DNA of 64,000 nt, from NCBI GenBank assembly GCA_965249065.1, contig CBDFLG010000001.1:421084-485083 (forward strand), written 5' to 3'. Shown one piece after another: positions 1-6,940 of the stretch (its first letter is position 1; every line of letters starts with the position of its first letter). A model generated the notes under the pieces. It was not told the DNA's origin. It saw only the letters and a list, made by a program, of their open reading frames with translations, and searched no databases. This DNA is from Dehalococcoidia bacterium. GTDB lineage: Bacteria; Chloroflexota; Dehalococcoidia; Lucifugimonadales; UBA3495. The translations under genes were made by a program, and so were the position numbers.

Positions 1-1158
1 ACGTTTTTCTACCGTTTTCTCTTCGCCGCTACCGTATTCCAAGGTTTCGTAGGTGGCGGTTGAATGATCGGCCAGCCCTTCGTGGCAGTTGAAGTTCTGG
101 CGCAGGATATGGTCCACCGAACGCACGATGTAGGACACCACCGGCTCCGGCGTGTAATAGACACCGCGCCGCTCCCGCATCGCCGGGTCATAGGCCGCCA
201 GGAAGGTCTCGTAGAAGTGCAGAATCGGGTCTTGGCGAGCGGCCCTTTTGCCGAAGTCGGCCAGCACGGCCTCCATATCTGCGTTGCCCAAAAGCTGGGC
301 TAGGTCGTCCACGAAACCGACAAAAGGCTCGTCATCCAGAGCCGGGTCAGAAACCAGAAAGAATATGCGCCGGATGAAAGGGTTGGCTTGGGGAATATGG
401 CGAGCCGCGTCCTTCCGTTGAAACCCGCCGGAATCGTGGTTCACTCTGGCGGCGAACAGCCCATAGGCCAGAGTCTGGGCAAACATATCAGCGAAAGCGT
501 CTTGGCTGAGGTCGGGAACCAGCACGTCCTTTGATGCTTGGTAGAGGTCGGTTACGTCTTGGGACAGCTTGTCCAAGCGAAACCCCTCGGTCACGATGTC
601 GCGTACCAAATGCGTAAGGCGAGCCATGTGCCGCGCCAGTTCCTCAGCGCTGGCGACGGGAGCAGGGTTATGTTGCAGGAAATCGAAAAGCAGGGCGTCA
701 GTTTCGGCTATGCCGCCGTTGCGCAGTACCGGCTTGCCTCTGCCGTCCGGCTCCGCAAGGCGGGCAGTGTAGCGAAGCTGGCCGTCCACGTACCAGCGGA
801 ACTCGGCATAGTCGGTAAGCAGCAGGTTGGGCAGCGAGTTCCGGTAGCGCTTGAACTGCTGCCCGTTGGTCGTGGAAGGGTTAGGGCGGTTGCTGTCCCG
901 CTCAATATCAGCAAGGCTGGTTCCGATGTCTTTGGCCTCGACGTAGCCGACGGTTAAGCCGTCCTGCTTCCGGCTGACGGCATAATCGGGAGCGCCGCAC
1001 TCAACCCGCTTGGGTTCGTTGGTCGCCGCAATCCCGTCAACGGCGAACTCCAAGAGTTCTTGCAGCGCGGGCCGGTGGGTGTGTTCGGTGGCGTTGCCCC
1101 GCGACACGGCGGCCTGCAACTCTTTTACGTAATCTCGAAAAATCTTGGCGTCAGCCAT
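1..1158 (-). CDS. Type IIG-like restriction-modification enzyme, N-terminal 386 aa (PD-ExK nuclease domain followed by the start of an N6-adenine DNA methyltransferase); C-terminal part lies beyond the window
   Basis: Minus-strand frame is open from ATG at 1158 (AAGGAAG 8 nt upstream) to base 1 with no stop, so it is absent from the ORF track. Own translation: MADAKIFRDYVKELQAAVSRGNATEHTHRPALQELLE...ECGAPDYAVSRK...VGYVEAKDIG (PD...ExK)...RGVYYTPEPVVSYIVRSV (MTase pre-motif I region). Confidence 0.75.
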   Translation of the reverse strand, partial: MADAKIFRDYVKELQAAVSRGNATEHTHRPALQELLEFAVDGIAATNEPKRVECGAPDYAVSRKQDGLTVGYVEAKDIGTSLADIERDSNRPNPSTTNGQQFKRYRNSLPNLLLTDYAEFRWYVDGQLRYTARLAEPDGRGKPVLRNGGIAETDALLFDFLQHNPAPVASAEELARHMARLTHLVRDIVTEGFRLDKLSQDVTDLYQASKDVLVPDLSQDAFADMFAQTLAYGLFAARVNHDSGGFQRKDAARHIPQANPFIRRIFFLVSDPALDDEPFVGFVDDLAQLLGNADMEAVLADFGKRAARQDPILHFYETFLAAYDPAMRERRGVYYTPEPVVSYIVRSVDHILRQNFNCHEGLADHSTATYETLEYGSGEEKTVEKR

Positions 1159-1234
1159 GCGAGACTTCCTTTAGGCATAATCCGCGCCCATTATGGCAGC
1201 GGTTGCGGTGGTGCGGCATTGTACTACGCTACTG

Positions 1235-2110
1235 CTACCCCCGGTCCCCCGGCAGGCGGGTTGCCACCGCTGCCATGCCGGGCGGGGGCCAGTTGCCGGT
1301 TAGGTAGTCGTATAGGTTGGCGGCGCTTATGCGCATCACCATTGGGGCCATGCCTTCCTGCTCCACGTCCATCGGGTAGCGGTCGGTCAGCGCGGTCAGC
1401 GTGGCCGTTGCCTCCTCGCGGGTCAGGCCCCGGTCTATGGCGTCCTGCACGTAGTCCTTCCACTCGATGATGAACTCGCCCTGCTCGTCCAGGTAGTCCT
1501 TGCCGCACAGCGCGCCGTGGCCCGGAACGAAGATGTCCTCGCCCAGCTTGCGCAGCGACTCCAGAGCCGTCAGCCACAGGTCGGGGTTGGCCTCGTGGAG
1601 CCAGGTCTGCACTCCGTGGAAGATGTTGTCGCTGGTGAACACCACGCCCTCTTCCTTAATCACCACCGCCGCCTGATACAGCGTATGGCCGGGCATACTA
1701 ATCATCTCGAAGGTGTGGTCGCCGACGTGCAGGGTCATCGCGTCCTGGAAGGTGATGATTGGCGCGTTGGCCCGGTAGCCTTCCAGCAGCGCCGGCTCGT
1801 CCGGGCCGAAGGTGCCGACGCGGGCGGCGTGTTCCGCCATGTCGGTGTTCAGGATACGGGTGCGGACGCCCTCGTGGGCGATGACCGGCGCGTCGAAAAA
1901 GGCGTTGCCGGTCCAGTGGTCGCCGTGGGGTTCGGTGTTGATGATGTAGCGCAGCAGTCCGCGCTTCTCGATTTCGGCCCGCAGCCACATCGCAGTGCTG
2001 GGCTTGTGCGGGCTGTCAATCATCACGATGCCCTCGGAGGTGGTGACAAAGCCGAAGTTGCAGCCCCGCGCCTCGGTCTCGACCCATACGTTGCTGGTAA
2101 GCTGTTTCAT
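1235..2110 (-). CDS. MBL-fold metallo-hydrolase
   Basis: 291-aa ORF with a metallo-beta-lactamase His cluster (NTEPHGDHWTGN) and later PGHT and VPGHG sites. AGGGAGG lies 7 nt upstream of the ATG. Confidence 0.85.
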   Translation of the reverse strand: MKQLTSNVWVETEARGCNFGFVTTSEGIVMIDSPHKPSTAMWLRAEIEKRGLLRYIINTEPHGDHWTGNAFFDAPVIAHEGVRTRILNTDMAEHAARVGTFGPDEPALLEGYRANAPIITFQDAMTLHVGDHTFEMISMPGHTLYQAAVVIKEEGVVFTSDNIFHGVQTWLHEANPDLWLTALESLRKLGEDIFVPGHGALCGKDYLDEQGEFIIEWKDYVQDAIDRGLTREEATATLTALTDRYPMDVEQEGMAPMVMRISAANLYDYLTGNWPPPGMAAVATRLPGDRG

Positions 2111-2241
2111 AGCTGGCCTCCCTGATTAAGAGGAAGAGATTTGACCGGCGGATAAGCGTTCGCCGCCCTGCATTCTACACGGTTGACCGGCTGGGTGGGC
2201 GCGCCTATGCTGTATAACCAATTCATCGTGCTGGGGGAGCG

Positions 2242-2706
2242 TTGGACAGCCGCGACCTGGATCTTCACGGCAAGACTTGGCCCGAAGCCTTGGAAGAGTT
2301 TGTGGACGCCTACAACAAGGCCGTGCAGCCCGGCGGCCATGCTTGCCGCACGCTGCGGGTCATCCACGGCTACGGCTCCACCGGCGGCCCCGGCGTCCTG
2401 CGCACCCGTTTCCGCAAGTTCCTGGGGAAGCACGACACCCGGCTGGAATTCACGCCCGGCGAGAAGACCGACGGCAACCCCGGATACACAACGGTTACTC
2501 CGAAATACGCCCTCCCCGGCGCCGATGCCGCCTTGTCCGAGTTGGTCTGGGACTACTGCGAACAGCCGAAAACCCTAAACAAAATCGCGGGCCAGTTCCG
2601 CCGCTACGGTACGCCCCGGGTGCAGCAGGCGGTCCGCTCGCTGGTGGCGCAGCAACGGCTCCGAAAGGGGGCCAGGGCGCGCAACAGCGTGTACGAGGCG
2701 GTGTAA
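2242..2706 (+). CDS. Smr domain-containing protein
   Basis: 154-aa ORF. LDLHG...LRVIHGYGSTG matches the Smr/MutS2 C-terminal domain signature. The TTG start from the track is uncertain. Confidence 0.7.
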   Translation: MDSRDLDLHGKTWPEALEEFVDAYNKAVQPGGHACRTLRVIHGYGSTGGPGVLRTRFRKFLGKHDTRLEFTPGEKTDGNPGYTTVTPKYALPGADAALSELVWDYCEQPKTLNKIAGQFRRYGTPRVQQAVRSLVAQQRLRKGARARNSVYEAV

Positions 2707-2777
2707 CGGCTGCCATAACGGCAGGCCCACCGGGAACTCGCTGGCATAATTCACTCAACCGGGCTGGAGGACAAGCT

Positions 2778-3281
2778 ATGGGCGAAATGTTGCAGCAGGG
2801 GGGCCGATTTCCCCAATTGGAGTTGAAGTTGCTGGACGGCGGGACGCTGACTCTGCCCGGCGATGCGCCGAGCCGCTACACCGCGCTGCTGTTCTACCGG
2901 GGGCACTGGTGACCCTACTGCCAGCGGCAGTTGGCCGCGTATGAGGCAGCCAAACCGGAATTAGACGCGCTGGGCGTGACCGTCATAGCCGTCAGCACCG
3001 ACAACGAGGAGCAGGCGCAGGAAGTGAAGGGCCGCGGCTTGAGCTTCCCGGTCGCTTACGGCGCTAACAAGGCCGACGCCGACACCATCGGCGCCTGGTG
3101 GTCCGACGATCGCGGCGGCTTCGTCCAGCCTGCCGAGTTCCTGCTGGGACGCGGCGGCGTGGTGCTGGGGGCCATGTACGCCTCCGGCCCGGTGGGACGT
3201 ATGGCGTCCGACGAAGTCATCTATTCCATAACGTCCCGCGAGAACCGGCGGCGCCAAGAAGAAGGCGAAACGGCAGGATAG
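2778..3281 (+). CDS. AhpC/TSA-type peroxiredoxin-like thioredoxin-fold protein, probable selenoprotein (UGA-Sec at 2910-2912)
   Basis: ATG 2778 has GGAGG 7 nt upstream. The tail of ORF 2277..2912 and ORF 2931..3281 share a frame and are separated only by TGA. Read-through gives ALLFYRGHW-U-PYCQRQLAAYEAAKPELDALGVTVIAVSTDN, the FYRGxWCPxC motif with U in place of the first Cys. Confidence 0.7.
2918..2949 (+). promoter_or_regulatory. Candidate bacterial SECIS hairpin downstream of UGA 2910-2912
   Basis: Lower stem CUGCC (2918-2922) pairs with GGCAG (2945-2949). Upper stem GCGGC (2924-2928) pairs with GCCGC (2934-2938). Apical loop AGUUG contains GU about 17-21 nt after the UGA. Folded by eye only. 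Confidence 0.4.
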
Positions 3282-3292
3282 ATTATCCACAA

Positions 3293-3324
3293 TTTTAGGG
3301 GCGCACAGCCGTGCGCCCCTAAAA
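3293..3324. repeat. Hairpin repeat family 1 (AGGGGCGCAC-AGCC-GTGCGCCCCT), copy a
   Basis: Perfect 14-bp stem TTTTAGGGGCGCAC / GTGCGCCCCTAAAA with loop AGCC, in the gap between the Prx stop and the DinB start. The same 24-nt core recurs at 35637-35660, with a degenerate copy at 27392-27415. Confidence 0.8.
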
Positions 3325-3350
3325 GGTACTCTTGTGTACAAGGGACTCTT

Positions 3351-4184
3351 ATGAACGAAGCCAATCAGCAACTCGTAGACATGATGGAACACGTCTGGCG
3401 CTCCATCGCCACCCTCTGCAACGGCCTCACCGAAGCCCAGTGGAAGACGCCCACCGACTGCCCCGGCTGGTCGGTGCAGGACCAGATCTCGCATCTGGCA
3501 GGCTCCGAGACGGGGATCCTGGGCGACCCCGACCCCGGCCACACGCCCGCCGACCTCTCGCACACCCGCAGCGAGCAGGGACGGCACAACGAGATCGTGG
3601 TGGACTTCCGCCGCCCGTGGCCCGGCCAGCAGGTGCTTTCCGACTTCCGCGCCAAGACCGCCCGCCGGATGGAAAGCCTGCGCGCGATGTCCGACGACGA
3701 CTTTGCCGCCGAGATGCAGACCCCGGTCGGCCCCGGCAGCGTCTCCGAGTTCCTCAGCATCCGCATCATGGACGCCTGGATTCACGAGCAGGACATCCGC
3801 CGCGCCCTGAACCGCCCCGGCGAGATGGAGGGGGCGGTCGCCGCCCACGCGCTGGGCCGCGTCATCCGCGCCATGCCCTTCGTCGCCGCCCGCCGCGCCC
3901 AGGCCCCCGACGGCACGACCGTGCTGTTCGACATCTCCGGCCCTGCCGGACGCCTCATGCCCATCGGCGTCACCGTAACCTCCGACGGAAGCCGACGCGG
4001 CCGCGAGCTGGAGCAGGCCCCCGGCAGCCCCACCGTCCGCATCACCCTCGACGCCGAGACCTTCGGCTGCCTCGGCTGCGGCCGCTGGGACCCCGACGAA
4101 GTCCTGCGGTCGGGCCAGGTGTCCATCGAGGGCGACACCACCCTCGGCGAGTCCATCGTCCGCCAAATGAACATAATGCCCTGA
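3351..4184 (+). CDS. DinB-fold / maleylpyruvate-isomerase-family (mycothiol-dependent enzyme type) protein with C-terminal SCP2-like domain
   Basis: 277-aa ORF. The N-terminus HVWRSIATLCNGLTEAQWKTPTDCPGWSVQDQISHL is typical of the TIGR03083-type DinB domain. The C-terminal LRSGQVSIEGDTTLGESIV is sterol-carrier-like. Confidence 0.75.
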   Translation: MNEANQQLVDMMEHVWRSIATLCNGLTEAQWKTPTDCPGWSVQDQISHLAGSETGILGDPDPGHTPADLSHTRSEQGRHNEIVVDFRRPWPGQQVLSDFRAKTARRMESLRAMSDDDFAAEMQTPVGPGSVSEFLSIRIMDAWIHEQDIRRALNRPGEMEGAVAAHALGRVIRAMPFVAARRAQAPDGTTVLFDISGPAGRLMPIGVTVTSDGSRRGRELEQAPGSPTVRITLDAETFGCLGCGRWDPDEVLRSGQVSIEGDTTLGESIVRQMNIMP

Positions 4185-4705
4185 CGCCACCACCTTTCCG
4201 TTTACCTGTTTCGCAGGGGGCAGGCGCCGGGCGCCCCTGGGCATCGAGTGTCTGCTCTGCAAGGCAGAACCGGCCAGGCGGGCGGTCTCGGTGCGCCATT
4301 CGGAAAACCGAGATTACGCCGGCTCCGCAGTTGTTGCGGCCCTCCTCGTCACTCCCTCCTCACCCGCCGGGATGCTCTCTTGGCAGTTGCATTGCATACC
4401 GCCGAGGACGTTTCCGGTGCGGCAACTTGGAGCTGCCTCGTCCCATCCCTCTCCCACTGGATACAGAAACGCCAAAATCGGCTGAAATCCCCTGACAGAC
4501 ATATTGAGTCGATTGCAAAATTGAACAGAACGTCAGAAAGCCACCCGCCCTTGGAGCAACAGCAGCCAGCCATACCGGACCGGAACACCAACTGATAATG
4601 TACGCAAGCAACCGGTTCACCACGGAGCTCGATGTGAGGTAATCCGATAGACATGGCCAGTCAGGAACAACCAAGTTTGCTGGACAAACGCCCTGAGAGT
4701 ACAAT

Positions 4706-4753
4706 CAGCCCAAACGCAAGGAGCATCGGCAGCCTAAACGCAAGGAGCACCGG
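4706..4753 (+). repeat. 2 x 24-bp tandem direct repeat, each unit carrying an AAGGAG Shine-Dalgarno-like core, directly upstream of ATG 4759
   Basis: CAGCCCAAACGCAAGGAGCATCGG (4706-4729) and CAGCCTAAACGCAAGGAGCACCGG (4730-4753), 22/24 identical. Confidence 0.85.
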
Positions 4754-4758
4754 GTCCA

Positions 4759-5211
4759 ATGACCACCATCAACACAGTAGATGACTTCCTCATAGATTAC
4801 TATGTCCAGAACCACGTCCAAAAGTTCGCGGAAGTAATCGCCGACAACCTGGATCTGAAGTGCGTCCAAACTCTCAGTCCCAAACAACTGCTGGACATCG
4901 CGAAGAAAATGACCGGCTCCACGGGAATAGACCAGAGCCAACGAAACAGCTTTGTGCACGCCGATCTCGTTATCGAAGCGACAGCAGAGAACGGCGAAAC
5001 CGCCTACGTTACGGTCGAAGCGTCATGGACCGCAGACAACAGGGACTCCGGCAGAGCTCTGCGCAACGCCAGGTATCTCGAAAACGCGACCGGGCACCGC
5101 GCAATTGCAGCCGTAGCCAGCGTCCGTAACGATTACGAAGTGGAAGAGCTGGTCGAAAACGGACAGCTACACTGGCACAGCATCCCAGACAATGACCTGC
5201 AACCCGAGTAG
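4759..5211 (+). CDS. Hypothetical protein (150 aa)
   Basis: ATG lies 11 nt after AAGGAG. The region is AT-richer than its flanks. The segment HADLVIEA...AYVTVEASWTADNRDSGRALRNARYL faintly recalls PD-(D/E)XK-like small proteins, but I cannot assign a family. Confidence 0.55.
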   Translation: MTTINTVDDFLIDYYVQNHVQKFAEVIADNLDLKCVQTLSPKQLLDIAKKMTGSTGIDQSQRNSFVHADLVIEATAENGETAYVTVEASWTADNRDSGRALRNARYLENATGHRAIAAVASVRNDYEVEELVENGQLHWHSIPDNDLQPE

Positions 5212-5246
5212 GAAGGGATAATTCACAAACAAGCTTCAAAGGACTA

Positions 5247-5624
5247 CTAGTGGCGGTGGCCCGTTGAGTGCATTATCAGGTTGCCCTTGGCGACTTCGGT
5301 CATCACCTCCACCGCCTCGGCCAGGGTCTCGTCGTCCACTCCGAGATGCTTCACGGCATCCAGATGGAAGCGCACTCAAACGCCGCAATTGTTCATGGCG
5401 GACACGATGTAGGCAATGAGCTTCTTGGTCTTCAGGTCCAGCCTTCCGGCAACCATGGTCTGCTGGTAGTAAGCCCAGTAGGATTCCAGGTGGGCCGGGT
5501 TGTGGGCGATTAGCTGGAAGGTCTGCGGCACAAATTCCCAACCCATGCTCGCCTTGATTTCTTCGTAAATTTCCTTCACCCTGCCGGTGGCTTGCTGTTC
5601 GGTTACCAGCTCTACTCTGGCCAA
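5247..5624 (-). CDS. Carboxymuconolactone decarboxylase / AhpD-like protein, probable selenoprotein (UGA-Sec at 5376-5378)
   Basis: TTG start at 5624 with AGGAG 8 nt upstream. The track ORF 5376..5624 stops at TGA. The same frame continues 42 codons to TAG at 5247-5249. Read-through gives SAMNNC-GV-U-VRFHLDAVKHLGVDDETL, matching the AhpD/CMD CxxCxxxH motif with U at the second Cys. Confidence 0.7.
5344..5371 (-). promoter_or_regulatory. Candidate SECIS region downstream of UGA 5376-5378
   Basis: Two alternative hairpins seen by eye: GCUUC/GAAGC (5 to 28 nt after the UGA), or GGAUG-CCGUGAAG-CAUCU (15 to 32 nt after the UGA, apical loop with GU). Weak. Confidence 0.3.
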
Positions 5625-5970
5625 CGCTTCGTCTCCTTTCTTGTGCGTGTCCCGCCGGAAGCTCCCGGCTCTCTCGGTGATGGTATCACCGGAAGCAATT
5701 GGCCGCAGATGCGCCGGGGGGAACGTCCAGCGAAATTGTTTCCGATTTGTTGCCGGACGGATTGGCGAGACTGTATGATTGGATAAGACTCTTCAGGGGA
5801 ATGGCGCCTCCCGCGCTTCCTTGGAGCTTGGGCCGGGGTGGGAGCAGGGGTTGGCATTCCCCGTCTGCGCTCATCGCTTGGGCCACGAATTGGGAAACCG
5901 GCCCGCAGGGCTCGTGTCAGCGCAGGACCGTTGGAGGCGGCCTCTCTGCGGCAAGTGGAATGTGGTGTTA

Positions 5971-6912
5971 ATGCGTATCACCGGGCTAATGCGTATCGCC
6001 AGGATGAGCAACAGCCGCCTCGCCGGAGTGCGAGAATGGTACGCTGGCGCAGGATTGACGCCGGCCCTTCCGGTATGGGCGAGAGCCTGGCTGGGGGTCT
6101 GCCAACGGACTCCGGCCGCGCAATGGGCGTGGGAGCAGAGGCGTGCGCTGATCGAGGTAGCGCTCTATCTCGGGGCCTATCTGGTCTACTTGTTCACTCG
6201 CGGCCTGGTTTATGACAATCCCCGCGCCATCGGCATCGTAAACAGCGGATATGTCGCTGAGCTTCAGGAACGGCTGGGGTTCCTTTGGGAACCGGGCTGG
6301 CAGCACTGGGCAATAGAACACGTTCACGGTCTCGTCGTTTTCCTCAATTGGGCCTATATTCTCACCTACTGGCCGGTGATCCTGGCGTTGGCCGTGGTGC
6401 TGTTCCTGCGCGACCGGGGCAAGTATTACTACTTCCGGTCTGTGGTGCTGCTGGACCTAGTTGCCGCGCTCCTGATCTTTATGCTGTTTCCGGTGGCCTC
6501 GCCCTTTGCTATTCCGGGCGTGGGGCTGCTGGACACGATTCAGGCTTTCGGCCCGGCTTTCTACGGCACGGAGACAATGGCCGCCTACTACAACACGTCG
6601 GCGGCGATGCCCAGCTTGCATTTCAGTTGGACCGTGATTCTGGGGGTCTACTGCTGGCGAACGCTGCCCGGCGGCTTCAAGGCAGTTGGCCTGCTCTATC
6701 CGGCGATCACCTTCTTCACCATCACCATCACCGGAAACCATTTCATTCTTGACGCCATCGCAGGGGGCGCGCTGGCGGGCCTGTCCTTTGGCGCGATTGA
6801 GGCGTACCTGTGGCTGGGCTCAAGGCGCAGGAGCGTCAACATTTTCTTGGCCCGGCGCCCGGCGCTGTCCCGGTGGCTGGTCAGGATCAGGCGTGACTCC
6901 GCCGCCGACTGA
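5971..6912 (+). CDS. PAP2-superfamily (PAP2_3-like) integral membrane phosphatase/phosphotransferase
   Basis: C-terminal 300 aa of ORF 5779..6912 is multi-pass hydrophobic, with AMPSLHFSW and ITGNHFILDAIAG motifs. Candidate starts are ATG 5971, 5989 or 6004. The upstream part of the ORF looks non-coding. Confidence 0.65.
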   Translation: MRITGLMRIARMSNSRLAGVREWYAGAGLTPALPVWARAWLGVCQRTPAAQWAWEQRRALIEVALYLGAYLVYLFTRGLVYDNPRAIGIVNSGYVAELQERLGFLWEPGWQHWAIEHVHGLVVFLNWAYILTYWPVILALAVVLFLRDRGKYYYFRSVVLLDLVAALLIFMLFPVASPFAIPGVGLLDTIQAFGPAFYGTETMAAYYNTSAAMPSLHFSWTVILGVYCWRTLPGGFKAVGLLYPAITFFTITITGNHFILDAIAGGALAGLSFGAIEAYLWLGSRRRSVNIFLARRPALSRWLVRIRRDSAAD

Positions 6913-6940
6913 AGGATGTCGCCCCAAGCGAGGCCCGGGC

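Noticed and set aside
2910-2912. Interpreting the in-frame TGA codons (2910-2912 and 5376-5378) as pseudogene lesions, sequencing errors or a reassigned genetic code
   Set aside because: Both fall exactly on catalytic Cys columns of two different redox families. The downstream frames stay open with family-like sequence. TGA also serves as a normal stop for several neighbouring genes. A pseudogene origin cannot be fully excluded without sel-gene evidence.
3293-3324. Calling the family 1 hairpins rho-independent terminators
   Set aside because: The T and A runs are part of the stem and no U-tract follows the hairpin on either strand. They are therefore annotated as repeats instead.
2961-4262. 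433-aa minus-strand ORF, and the overlapping 387-aa plus-strand ORF 3332..4495
   Set aside because: Both are antisense or out-of-frame shadows of the Prx and DinB genes in GC-rich DNA. Their translations are Arg/Gly/Ala/Pro-rich with no motifs, whereas the annotated frames carry clear family signatures.
4185-4758. tRNA-Sec (selC), tmRNA, RNase P or a riboswitch in the long non-coding gap
   Set aside because: I could not find a T-loop (GGTTCGAAT-like) sequence, a UCA anticodon arm or any conserved core I recognise. The region is left as an unexplained non-coding stretch.
5779-5970. N-terminal 64 codons of ORF 5779..6912
   Set aside because: This stretch is hydrophilic and Gly/Arg-rich, unlike the PAP2 membrane body. 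It probably lies upstream of the real start (ATG 5971, 5989 or 6004).
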